Below, in pieces: positions 1 through 7,909 of a stretch of 44,801 nt of DNA. Below the pieces are notes generated by a model that saw only the letters and a program-made list of their open reading frames with translations, was not told the DNA's origin and ran no database searches. The translations under genes and the position numbers were made by a program. Source of the DNA: Parcubacteria group bacterium GW2011_GWA2_51_10 (GTDB lineage: Bacteria; Patescibacteriota; Minisyncoccia; Phycocordibacterales; UBA2100); NCBI GenBank assembly GCA_001004265.1, contig LCQS01000006.1, forward strand, positions 1 through 44,801. Reading direction: 5' to 3'. Position 1 is the first letter of the stretch. Each line of letters opens with the position of its first letter.

Positions 1-492
1 TATATTTCCCTACCGGGAAAAATTCGCATCGAACAATCAACAAAACAGCGAGATTATGTTGACTGGAAATATCAAGAATTGCGCTCGCTGTGCTATCCAG
101 CACAGCCTAGAGAAATTACCCATATACTTTCGACGGGGAAACAACACACATCAGTGTTCTTTCTCTTGCGGCAGTACTTCAGATCGTGGAGATCGATATT
201 TTATGAAGGAAGAATCAAAATCTTTCCTCGTGATTTACCGGTTACGCCACTGTCTTTAGCTGTTTGGTATATGGATGACGGTTGTTGGACAGGAAAGAAA
301 GCTCTGATTTGCGCGGAAAGTTTTGATGGAATATATCGGGAAAATATGCAAAAAGCGTTTATTGACCAATACGGGATTGAAACCGTTGTTGGCAAGAATG
401 GAAGACTTGTCATTCGAAAGAAATTTCATGATCAGTTTTTCTCGCTTATTGCCCCGCACATTATTTCTTCAATGAAGTACAAACTTCCATAA
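1..492 (+). CDS. LAGLIDADG homing endonuclease (LAGLIDADG_2-like), 5'-truncated, encoded inside the 16S intron
   Basis: Frame 1 is open from base 1 (YISLPGKIRIEQSTKQRDYVDWKYQEL...) and contains the second-motif-like LAVWYMDDG; stop TAA 490-492; group I core elements follow immediately. Confidence 0.88.
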   Translation, partial: YISLPGKIRIEQSTKQRDYVDWKYQELRSLCYPAQPREITHILSTGKQHTSVFFLLRQYFRSWRSIFYEGRIKIFPRDLPVTPLSLAVWYMDDGCWTGKKALICAESFDGIYRENMQKAFIDQYGIETVVGKNGRLVIRKKFHDQFFSLIAPHIISSMKYKLP

Positions 493-628
493 CCCCGTAA
501 CGACTTGTCCCTTGCGGGACAGAGTTATCGCTTCGAGCAATAGCTAAAACGCTGGCCCCTCATCCGCTTATCGCGGAAAGGGTGAAGGTATAGTCTAATT
601 CTACAGAAATGTAAGAAGCTAATGGAAT
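1..628 (+). mobile_element. Group I intron in the 16S rRNA gene (3' part; insertion near E. coli position ~1080)
   Basis: R-like CCCCGTAACGACT (~493-505) and S-like GAAGGTATAGTCT (~584-596) can form P7. 16S exon sequence resumes at ~625-631 (GTTCCCTTCAGTGGGGTAACGAACGCAACCC). Exact 3' splice site is uncertain by a few nt. Confidence 0.8.
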
Positions 629-932
629 CGTTCCCTTCAGTGGGGTAACGAACGCAACCCTCGTTGCCTGTTACAAGTGTCAGGCGAGACTGCCCCCTCA
701 CGGGGGAGGAAGGTGAGGATGACACCCGACCTCATGAAGCCGGAATCGCTAGTAATCGCGGATCAGCCACGCCGCGGTGAATACGTTCTCAAGCCTTGTA
801 CTCACCGCCCGTCAACTCAGGGAAGTTGGGAGTGCCCGAAGCCCGCCCTCGCGGCGGTTCAAGGCAAACTCAATGACAAAGAGTAAGTCGTAACAAGGCA
901 TGGGTAGCGGAAGCTGCTCATGGATTCATTCA
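629..932 (+). rRNA. rrs: 16S rRNA, 3' exon (E. coli ~1084 to 3' end), with apparent internal deletion
   Basis: Conserved motifs AACGAACGCAACCC, GGAGGAAGGTGAGGATGAC, GGAATCGCTAGTAATCGCG, TGTACTCACCGCCCGTCA, AAGTCGTAACAAGG, and h45 (CATGGGTAGC-GGAA-GCTGCTCATG). Confidence 0.95.
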
Positions 933-1083
933 AAATTGATAAGGCCAGCACACGCTTGCGTGTGACGGCTTGATTGTCGATTTCTGTATCTCGATCGAGT
1001 ACAGAAGGGCAATGATTGTGTACCCATCTCTCAATCTGACAGACCGGAAAGACGGACCTAGGTTCTTGGACGGAACAAAAGAG

Positions 1084-1126
1084 TGTCCCGACGTTACAGT
1101 CGGGATCCCGACCGAAGCGTCGGGAT
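1084..1126. repeat. Double palindromic REP-like element (TCCCGAC..GTCGGGA x2)
   Basis: TCCCGAC-GTTACA-GTCGGGA immediately followed by TCCCGAC-CGAAGC-GTCGGGA. Confidence 0.6.
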
Positions 1127-1137
1127 GTATATCAAGC

Positions 1138-1183
1138 GTACAAGCAAAAAGCGCCGACCCTTCGTGGGCACGGCGCTTTTTGT
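1138..1183. repeat. 46-bp hairpin repeat, copy 1 (bidirectional terminator-like)
   Basis: CAAAAAGCGCCG...CGGCGCTTTTTG stem; 45/46 identical to 2289-2334. Confidence 0.9.
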
Positions 1184-1227
1184 TTTGAGGAGGTATACTT
1201 TATATATTAAATCTGCCGAACAAATGC

Positions 1228-1575
1228 ATGGAAAATTACGAACAGCGGCAGGAAAGATATCGATCTGAAGCGGCTAAAGAATTTACTCCCGAGCACCTGC
1301 GCGACATTGCAAAACTTGAACACTGTGCTCGGGATTTACTGGCAAAAACTGTAGCTGAATTGCACTCCGCCATTTCTCTCAAGGATTCGAAGAGGGTCGC
1401 CTATTTGCGTCAAAGGAGATTTTATTTACTGCTTCTTTGCGACGAGTCGGTAACTAGGTCAATATTGAGAGGAAACCTCAATCAGATGCGACGGCGAAAT
1501 AGTTTAGTAGCTGATGAGGTTATAAAAGAAGTGGAACAAAAAGCAGGTGCTCACTTTGACAATGTTCTGCAGTAG
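1228..1575 (+). CDS. Hypothetical protein (115 aa)
   Basis: ATG-started ORF between the hairpin repeat and a terminator; TATACT upstream; no family recognised. Confidence 0.6.
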   Translation: MENYEQRQERYRSEAAKEFTPEHLRDIAKLEHCARDLLAKTVAELHSAISLKDSKRVAYLRQRRFYLLLLCDESVTRSILRGNLNQMRRRNSLVADEVIKEVEQKAGAHFDNVLQ

Positions 1576-1584
1576 GTTACACAA

Positions 1585-1616
1585 CGAAAAAAAGCCCCTA
1601 AGGAAGCTCTTTTCGA
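1585..1616. terminator. Putative bidirectional intrinsic terminator
   Basis: CGAAAAAAAGC...GCTCTTTTCG imperfect stem between the convergent ORF and the speD fragment. Confidence 0.45.
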
Positions 1617-1629
1617 TTGGATAAAAAAC

Positions 1630-1701
1630 CTATCTTCGCAGTGTGTAGTTGAGACTATAGTCCTTTGCCTCGAAGAATTCTTTGGCAAACTTTGCTGCTT
1701 T
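1630..1701 (-). pseudogene. Diverged duplicate of the speD 3' end
   Basis: Translates KAAKFAKEFFEAKDYSLNYTLRR* versus EAAEFAKKFFEAKDYTLNYTLRK* at the end of speD (2709-2780); 18/23 aa identical. Confidence 0.85.
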
Positions 1702-1729
1702 CCGCTCCGAATGGCTGAGAAATCTTTCA

Positions 1730-1758
1730 TTGACCGGACACAAGGAGGAGTATATTCT
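1730..1758 (+). promoter_or_regulatory. Sigma70-type promoter for hicBA (probably leaderless)
   Basis: TTGACC-17 nt-TATTCT, with the ATG 6 nt downstream. Confidence 0.55.
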
Positions 1759-1764
1759 TTGGAC

Positions 1765-1995
1765 ATGAAAGTCCATTCATACACCGTGCAAATTGAGCCG
1801 GTCGCCGAGGGCGGCTACTGGTCGCGTGTCCCCGCACTTTCGGGCTGTTTTTCACAAGGGGAAACAATCGAAGAGACGATCGCAAATACGAAAGAGGCAA
1901 TCGAACTCTATCTCGAGGGGCTTGCCGCTGAAAAAGAAGATATTCCAGAGGAATCTGATGGGGTCGTTAGCGTCCGGATTCCGGTGTCGCTCTAG
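1765..1995 (+). CDS. hicB: HicB-family antitoxin (short, no DNA-binding domain)
   Basis: EGGYWSRVPALSGCFSQGETIEETIANTKEAIELYLE is the HicB signature. Confidence 0.9.
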   Translation: MKVHSYTVQIEPVAEGGYWSRVPALSGCFSQGETIEETIANTKEAIELYLEGLAAEKEDIPEESDGVVSVRIPVSL

Positions 1996-1996
1996 C

Positions 1997-2221
1997 ATGT
2001 CGCCACGTCTGCCGAACATAACGGCGAAAGAGGCCGCGAGTGCGTTTGCGAAGGCCGGGTTCAAACTAGTAGGCCAGCGGGGAAGCCATGCTCGCATGAA
2101 GAACGCAGAAGGCGTGCAGATCGTAATTCCAATGCACACGGGCGATATCAAGCGCCCGCTTCTGAAAGCAGCTATAAAACAGGCGGGACTCACGGAAACT
2201 GAATTCCGCAAGCTGCTTTAA
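1997..2221 (+). CDS. hicA: HicA-family mRNA interferase toxin
   Basis: MSPRLP...GFKLVGQRGSHARM...IVIPMH..DIK..LLKAAIKQAGL; GSH catalytic motif; starts 1 nt after the hicB stop. Confidence 0.9.
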   Translation: MSPRLPNITAKEAASAFAKAGFKLVGQRGSHARMKNAEGVQIVIPMHTGDIKRPLLKAAIKQAGLTETEFRKLL

Positions 2222-2288
2222 TTTATGGGACAAAAGAGTGTGTATGGCGAGCAGCTTCTGGCTGCGAGCTTCTAGAAAATACCAATGT

Positions 2289-2334
2289 GTACAAGCAAAA
2301 AGCGCCGACCCTTCATGGGCACGGCGCTTTTTGT
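2289..2334. repeat. 46-bp hairpin repeat, copy 2
   Basis: Direct repeat of 1138-1183 with one mismatch. Confidence 0.9.
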
Positions 2335-2362
2335 ATTTCTTGCGCTTAAACTGACATAGTGA

Positions 2363-2638
2363 TTGTATGTGGGTCGTACTGATCGAAAGGAGTCCAACGT
2401 GGCGAAGCGACTGCACGAATACCCGAATGTCCGCACCGACCTCGATGCGGTGTTCAATGAGCTGCAACGAGAGATGAATCTCGATTCACCTGACCCGATG
2501 ACTCAGATCGCCGTGAGATTCGCATTCCTCGCGAAATGCAAGGGGATCAAGATTTCTCCAATGGGTATGAGCCCCGAGGAGACGTTGCGTGCCCAGAATT
2601 TCTTTCTCGATTTCGTTCTCGCGATTCATGGGGACTAA
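2363..2638 (+). CDS. Hypothetical protein (~90 aa; start uncertain)
   Basis: ORF between repeat copy 2 and the terminator, in the same relative position as ORF 1228-1575 but unrelated in sequence. Confidence 0.55.
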   Translation: MYVGRTDRKESNVAKRLHEYPNVRTDLDAVFNELQREMNLDSPDPMTQIAVRFAFLAKCKGIKISPMGMSPEETLRAQNFFLDFVLAIHGD

Positions 2639-2661
2639 AGACGTGGAAGCGCACGGACGAC

Positions 2662-2691
2662 GAAAAGGCGCACCAAGTAGTGCGCCTTTTC
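2662..2691. terminator. Bidirectional intrinsic terminator
   Basis: GAAAAGGCGCAC-CAAGTA-GTGCGCCTTTTC perfect stem between convergent genes. Confidence 0.8.
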
Positions 2692-2708
2692 CTTCTTAGT
2701 GTATCCGT

Positions 2709-3116
2709 TTATTTCCTCAATGTGTAATTCAATGTGTAGTCTTTTGCCTCGAAGAATTTCTTGGCGAATTCTGCGGCCTCAAACGGGTTGTAGTACTTGC
2801 AGGAGAAGATGTCCAAGTACGTCGTGTTCGTCTGGTTTGCAAAGTGCGCCGAGATGCACGATGTTTCAATGAGCTGGACCATCGAGAAGCCGGCGACTTT
2901 TTCATCCTCACCGAAATCAACGACTTGGCATTCGCCGAATCGCTTCATTTCGATGCGCTCGCACAGCTCGTATGTGAACTGTTTAATTTTTTCTGCGCTG
3001 CGAATCGTGTCCGGATTGCATCCGTGCAAATCAATCCCTGCTGCTAATCCCCACGCGTCGACGACTTGGTACTCGCTGCGGAGCTGTTCGTTTCGCTCCA
3101 TCACTGTTGTTTTCAT
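2709..3116 (-). CDS. speD: S-adenosylmethionine decarboxylase proenzyme family
   Basis: IDLHGC, GFSMVQLIETSCISAHF (pyruvoyl cleavage-site region) and YLDIFSCK motifs. Confidence 0.8.
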   Translation of the reverse strand: MKTTVMERNEQLRSEYQVVDAWGLAAGIDLHGCNPDTIRSAEKIKQFTYELCERIEMKRFGECQVVDFGEDEKVAGFSMVQLIETSCISAHFANQTNTTYLDIFSCKYYNPFEAAEFAKKFFEAKDYTLNYTLRK

Positions 3117-3265
3117 CTCTGATGAACATAATTAAATTAGCTGACAATGCCGATATGATACATGCTGTGAGTGAGATGTGTATCCGGCTGGAGATAACTG
3201 TGCATAACTTCTCGAAGGCCTATCTCATGGCAGAAAGAGGTCATTTTTGATAACATCATCCCACT

Positions 3266-3337
3266 GCGCGCGTAGTTCAGTGGTAGAACGCCGTCCTGAT
3301 AAGACGGAGGCCGAAAGTTCGATCCTTTCCGCGCGCA
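3266..3337 (+). tRNA. tRNA-Ile(GAT)
   Basis: Cloverleaf: GCGCGCG/CGCGCGC acceptor, anticodon arm CCGTC-CTGATAA-GACGG, T arm GAAAG-TTCGATC-CTTTC; CCA not encoded (CCG). Confidence 0.95.
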
Positions 3338-3347
3338 CCGTAGCAAT

Positions 3348-4652
3348 ATGAATTACAAAGTAATCGGTGGAAAGAAGTTGCGCGGCACCGTGCGCACTAA
3401 TATTTCTAAGAATGCTTCAGTTGCGCTTATTGCTGCAGCGCTTCTCAATAAGGGCGAGACGATTCTCAAGCGCGTCCCACGTATCGAAGAAGTGAAGCGC
3501 ATGATTGAAGTTATGGAGTCCATCGGTGTGAAAATCGTTTGGGATCCGAGCGGCGACATGCGCATCATTCCGCCCGGGAAAGTAGATCTCACGAAGCTTA
3601 ACCGCGAAGCGGCAGAGCGGACGCGCAGCATCGTGCATTTTATCGCTCCGCTTGCTCATCTGTTTAAGTCGTTCGAGTTGCCGGCCCCAGCAGGATGCAA
3701 TTTAGGTAAGCGAACCCTGGGCCCGCACATTGATGCTTTTGCCCGGCTCGGAATTTCTGTTACTGCGAATCCTGAAACGCATTCGTATCACGTCGAAGTA
3801 GGTAGCTTACAGCCGGCGGAGATTGTCATGTACGAAGCGAGCGACACTGGTACCGAAGATGTCTTGATGGCGGCTGCCAAAATTCCTGGAACGACTATCA
3901 TAAAATTCGCGAGTGCGAATTATATGGTGCAGGATCTGTGCATATTTCTAAGACGCTGCGGCGTGAAGATCGAAGGTGTAGGAACCTCTACATTAGTCGT
4001 GCACGGGTTGGCAGACATCCATGGAGAGATTCACGGTCACCCAAGCGAGGATCCGATCGAATCCATGTTCTTTATTTCGCTCGCGGCAACTACCGGCTCG
4101 GAAATTACCATCGAACGGTGTCCGATGGATTTTCTTGAGCTGGAACTTTTCACACTTCAGCAAATGGGGCTTCAGTATGAGCGAGGCGAATCATATGCGT
4201 CCGAAAACGGGCACACTGTTCTGCGCGATATTTCGATTAAGAAATCCGAACTTGTCAGCCCTCCGGAAAAGATCGCACCGCGGCCGTATCCGGGAATAAA
4301 TATTGACAACCTGCCTTTTTTTGTACCTGTTGCGACGCAGGCTAAAGGAGAAACTCTCATACACGATTGGGTATACGACGGCAGAGCGCAATATTACTTG
4401 GAAATGAACCATCTGGGCGCGAATATTCAACTACTCGATCAGCACCGCGCGCTTGTGAAAGGTCCGACGAAGCTTCACGCGGCAAAAGTGCAGGCGCCGC
4501 AGGCGCTTCGCCCCGCGACGCTTCTTTTAATAGGAATGCTCGCGGCGGAAGGTGAATCGATGCTTATGGATGTGTATCCTATAAACCGCGGATATGAGAA
4601 TTTGCACGAGCGATTGAAGGCAATCGGCGCGTCCGTTGACGCAGTCGAGTAG
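3348..4652 (+). CDS. murA: UDP-N-acetylglucosamine 1-carboxyvinyltransferase
   Basis: SKNAS, PAGCNLGKR (catalytic Cys), DPIE, INRGYENL motifs. Confidence 0.93.
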   Translation: MNYKVIGGKKLRGTVRTNISKNASVALIAAALLNKGETILKRVPRIEEVKRMIEVMESIGVKIVWDPSGDMRIIPPGKVDLTKLNREAAERTRSIVHFIAPLAHLFKSFELPAPAGCNLGKRTLGPHIDAFARLGISVTANPETHSYHVEVGSLQPAEIVMYEASDTGTEDVLMAAAKIPGTTIIKFASANYMVQDLCIFLRRCGVKIEGVGTSTLVVHGLADIHGEIHGHPSEDPIESMFFISLAATTGSEITIERCPMDFLELELFTLQQMGLQYERGESYASENGHTVLRDISIKKSELVSPPEKIAPRPYPGINIDNLPFFVPVATQAKGETLIHDWVYDGRAQYYLEMNHLGANIQLLDQHRALVKGPTKLHAAKVQAPQALRPATLLLIGMLAAEGESMLMDVYPINRGYENLHERLKAIGASVDAVE

Positions 4653-4653
4653 C

Positions 4654-5313
4654 ATGAATAAACCGAAGTTGATCGTTTTTGCATCTGGCACAAAAGACGG
4701 CGGCGGATCCGGTTTTGAGAATCTTGTACACGCATCGTGGGACGGCATTCTCGACGCCGAGATCGTTGCCGTCGTTTCTAATAATGAGCATGGGGGCGTT
4801 CACGAACGTGCCAACCGGCTTGGGATTCACTTTGTGTATTTCTCCGGTCCATATGATGCAGGAAGCTACGAACGAATTGTCGCCAATGCTGATGCAGAAT
4901 GGGTTGCACTTTCCGGCTGGCTTAAGCACGTCAAAGGACTTGATCCAGCAAGAACCTTCAACATTCACCCGACCCTCCTTTCTGAAGCCAGATTCGCCGG
5001 GCTCTACGGACAAAAAGTTCACCAAGCCGTCGCGGACGCTTTAGAAAAAGGAGAGATGACAGAATCCGGACTCTCGATGCATTTTGTTACGGACGAGTAT
5101 GACCGGGGCCCAATCTTTTTTGAATATCGGGTGCCGCTTAAGAAAGGAATGTCCGCAGAAGAGATCGCCAAAGCAGTGAATGTCGAGGAACATCGTTGGC
5201 AGCCGAAAATCACGAACATGGTGGTGCACGGCGAAATCCGCTGGGACGGAAAAGATTCGCAGAGCCTCAATGTCCCAGGAGATTACAAATATTTGCCAAG
5301 ACTCAATGCTTAA
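4654..5313 (+). CDS. purN: Phosphoribosylglycinamide formyltransferase (folate-dependent)
   Basis: VFASG...GGSGF, FNIHP (N/H catalytic residues), [18 protein letters not shown]; ATG 1 nt after the murA stop. Confidence 0.85.
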   Translation: MNKPKLIVFASGTKDGGGSGFENLVHASWDGILDAEIVAVVSNNEHGGVHERANRLGIHFVYFSGPYDAGSYERIVANADAEWVALSGWLKHVKGLDPARTFNIHPTLLSEARFAGLYGQKVHQAVADALEKGEMTESGLSMHFVTDEYDRGPIFFEYRVPLKKGMSAEEIAKAVNVEEHRWQPKITNMVVHGEIRWDGKDSQSLNVPGDYKYLPRLNA

Positions 5314-6490
5314 GAATACGGATTTCCTTCGCTGTTCGCATTGCTTTCTTGCGTGCTTCGGCAACGGTTTTGCCGATTGCGAGTGCAACTCCCATTCTGC
5401 GGTGGCCGGGGGAGAGGGGTTTTCCGAAAATGCGGACCCATGTACCAGGCGCTTTGAGAGCTTTTTCTACTCCCGTATAAGTTGGATTGTCGGTTTTAAT
5501 ATCTGCCAGCAGCGCTACCGACGCGCCAGGTCGGCAAGGAATTTCGGGAATCGGGAGTCCCAAAATCGCTCGCACATGAAGTTCCATTTCACTCATTGTC
5601 TGAGAAACCATCGTCACCATTCCCGTGTCATGTGGGCGCGGCGAAAGTTCTGAAAAGAAAACATCGTCTCCTTTTATAAAGAGTTCAACGCCAAAAATGC
5701 CGCGGCCTTTTGTGCCGCACAGTTCATTTACTATCTTGCGCGCAATTGCTTGCGCCTTTTTAAGAACGGCGGGCTTCATCGGATGCGGTTGCCAGCTCTC
5801 GCGATAGTCGCCATCGATCTGGATGTGTCCCACTGGCGCGCAAAAACTTATGCCGCCCGCATGTCGCACCGTTAGCAGGGTTATTTCATAATCGAATTTG
5901 ATCTGCCCTTCAACAATCACTCGGCCAGTTTTGCCACGTCCTGTTTTCATGGCTGTTTCCCAAGCTTTTTTAAGCTCCCTTTCATTTTTTACTTTGCTCT
6001 GCCCGTGCCCGGAAGACGACATCGTCGGCTTCACAAAGCAAGGGAATCCGACGTCGAGCGCGCCCTTCTCCAACTCTTCGAGACTTCCTGCAAAATGATA
6101 CGGCGAGGTAGGCAGCTTCAGTTTCTCCGCTGCAAGTTTGCGAATTCCCTCTCGATCCATCGTGAGACGGACTGCTCTCGCGGTTGGAATAACTGTCCAA
6201 CCTTCCTTTTCCAACTCCACGAGAGTAGAAGTTGCAATTGCTTCTATCTCCGGAACGATGTATGCTGGCTTTTCTTTCTCTACGACTCGCCGGATATTTT
6301 TGCCTTCAAGCATCGGAAACACATAACTTCTGTGAGCGATCTGCATCGCCGGTGCATTTTCATATCTGTCGCATGCGACAACTTCAACGCCGAGTCGCAT
6401 CGCCTCTATTGCGACCTCGCGACCCAACTCGCCGCTTCCCAGAAGCAATATTTTGATTGCATTTGGCTTCAACGGCGTCCCGAATTTCAT
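5303..6490 (-). CDS. purT: Formate-dependent GAR transformylase (ATP-grasp)
   Basis: [53 protein letters not shown]; start MKFGTPL at 6490. Confidence 0.95.
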   Translation of the reverse strand: MKFGTPLKPNAIKILLLGSGELGREVAIEAMRLGVEVVACDRYENAPAMQIAHRSYVFPMLEGKNIRRVVEKEKPAYIVPEIEAIATSTLVELEKEGWTVIPTARAVRLTMDREGIRKLAAEKLKLPTSPYHFAGSLEELEKGALDVGFPCFVKPTMSSSGHGQSKVKNERELKKAWETAMKTGRGKTGRVIVEGQIKFDYEITLLTVRHAGGISFCAPVGHIQIDGDYRESWQPHPMKPAVLKKAQAIARKIVNELCGTKGRGIFGVELFIKGDDVFFSELSPRPHDTGMVTMVSQTMSEMELHVRAILGLPIPEIPCRPGASVALLADIKTDNPTYTGVEKALKAPGTWVRIFGKPLSPGHRRMGVALAIGKTVAEARKKAMRTAKEIRILKH

Positions 6491-6569
6491 AGTCCGGATA
6501 GTACCATAGCAGGAATTTGAGGTGAATTTACATGCTAGGGTTAATGCAGCTTTGTTCAAGGAGATTCAC

Positions 6570-6797
6570 ATGAAGCGCGACATTCCATACTACTTGATGG
6601 ACGCAAAGGGTTTGAACGCCGACTCGCCAGAGCTTCTGATGTTGCGCGCGATTGAAAAGGCGCGAAACCACGGAATCGGATCTGTAGTCGCTTTTGGCGT
6701 CGTCGTTGCGGCAGGAACGATGACACTCGCCTGCGGCGCATTTTATTTCTGGAGCAGGTGTTTCCAGAGCGCACGATCTGTGCGGCGGAAGACATGA
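6570..6797 (+). CDS. Small membrane protein, hypothetical
   Basis: One hydrophobic segment; followed by a GGAGCCC/GGGCTCC hairpin. Confidence 0.5.
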   Translation: MKRDIPYYLMDAKGLNADSPELLMLRAIEKARNHGIGSVVAFGVVVAAGTMTLACGAFYFWSRCFQSARSVRRKT

Positions 6798-6889
6798 GGA
6801 ACGCCTCCCCTCGACGGAGCCCTTAGCAGGGCTCCTCGTTTATCGCATCTCGCTTAAAAAAGAGAGCTGATTTACAATGCGCTCCTCGG

Positions 6890-6976
6890 GCCGCGGTGGT
6901 GAAATCGGCAGACACGCTAGCTTCAGGAGCTAGTGCCCGCAAGGGCTTGGGAGTTCAAATCTCCCCCGCGGCACCA
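6890..6976 (+). tRNA. tRNA-Leu(CAG)
   Basis: GCCGCGG/CCGCGGC acceptor, CTAGC-TTCAGGA-GCTAG anticodon arm, long variable arm GCCC-GCAA-GGGC, encoded CCA; TACAAT upstream. Confidence 0.96.
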
Positions 6977-7114
6977 CATAGGAAATTGCAAGTATGAAAG
7001 GTTCGCCTCGCTTCGCTCGGCGACTAATTTGTATTCAATTTTGGGGGTAAAAACGAATTGGCGATTCTGCATTTTGGGAGAAGAAAATTTTTTAATCCTT
7101 AATTTTTAAAACTT

Positions 7115-7324
7115 ATGAAGTATATACTTTATGCTCGCAAGAGCACCGAAGGGGACGACAGACAAGTACTTTCGATTGAAGCCCAAATGCATGAATTGAA
7201 AGAATTTGCCGCCAAAGAAAAACTTGAAATTGTCGCTTCCTTTCAGGAAGCAAAAACCGCAAAAGAACCCGGAAAAAACATCGGCTCGAACCATATTTTA
7301 ATTTTGGGGGAAGAAAATTTTTAA
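7115..7324 (+). pseudogene. Serine recombinase N-terminal remnant
   Basis: YILYARKSTEGDDRQVLSIEAQ..EL...E.KTAKEPG resolvase motif, truncated after ~55 aa. Confidence 0.85.
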
Positions 7325-7335
7325 TCATAAAATTT

Positions 7336-7683
7336 ATGAAAAAAACTATTTACTACGCTTTATCTGGACTTCTTTTGGGTATTGGGGCAGATGTGCCGTT
7401 TATGTTTTTATTCGGCGCTTGTGGTCTAGGTGGTGTTCAGTGGTGCGCCGTTCTTTCCCTTGTGGCCTTATGGACGTTACCTTTACTTGGCGGTGTTGTC
7501 GGATTCTTTATTGCTCGCAAATCCCTGAGAAATTTGTCTCCAATCACAACTCTCGACTCGGACAAAAAAATAAATACTAATACTAACCGAGGGTTGAAGA
7601 GAATCTTATTTTTCTCGAGCTTACCAATCGTTATTTTTCTAGCATGGTATATTTTTAATATAATTAAACTTACTTCAAACTAA
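7336..7683 (+). CDS. Membrane protein (about 3 TM), island cargo
   Basis: Three hydrophobic segments; AT-rich codons. Confidence 0.7.
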   Translation: MKKTIYYALSGLLLGIGADVPFMFLFGACGLGGVQWCAVLSLVALWTLPLLGGVVGFFIARKSLRNLSPITTLDSDKKINTNTNRGLKRILFFSSLPIVIFLAWYIFNIIKLTSN

Positions 7684-7909
7684 AACAATATCCAACCTCC
7701 ACTAATTACTTTCAGCACACCCATTAGTTGTTGAAGTATTTACTCCGTAAATTCTCTATTAATTGCCGCCAAAGAAAAACTTGAAATTGTCAGCGGTGCG
7801 GCTCCACCGCCTTTCCGAATTTTCGCGGGGGCAATTCCTCGCCGCCGCAGGCGGCGAAATGCGTTCAGACTAATTCAAGAATACGGCACAATATGAGAAA
7901 TAATCAGAA

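Larger units (their letters stand above)
6977..7890. mobile_element. Decayed AT-rich island at the tRNA-Leu 3' end
   Basis: Visible GC drop; truncated serine recombinase; internal direct repeats 7071-7097/7301-7326 and 7206-7234/7763-7791; palindromes at ~7000-7025 and ~7839-7857. Confidence 0.65.

Noticed and set aside
677-886. 69-aa ORF and other short ORFs over the rRNA and its trailer
   Set aside because: They lie within or beside clear 16S sequence and have no protein features.
1711-2221. Longer ORF-track versions of HicB (94 aa) and HicA (142 aa)
   Set aside because: Family motifs begin at ATG 1765 and ATG 1997; the extensions overlap the promoter or hicB.
1138-2334. 46-bp repeats as a CRISPR array or integron attC sites
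   Set aside because: Only two copies 1.1 kb apart, no cas or integron integrase, and no GTTRRRY/RYYYAAC ends; they look like terminators.
5303-6559. ORF-track starts for purT (6559), murD (12147), GT4 (24806, 27448) and RHS (28783)
   Set aside because: The extensions run through promoters, the riboswitch or neighbouring genes; downstream starts fit the family N-termini better.
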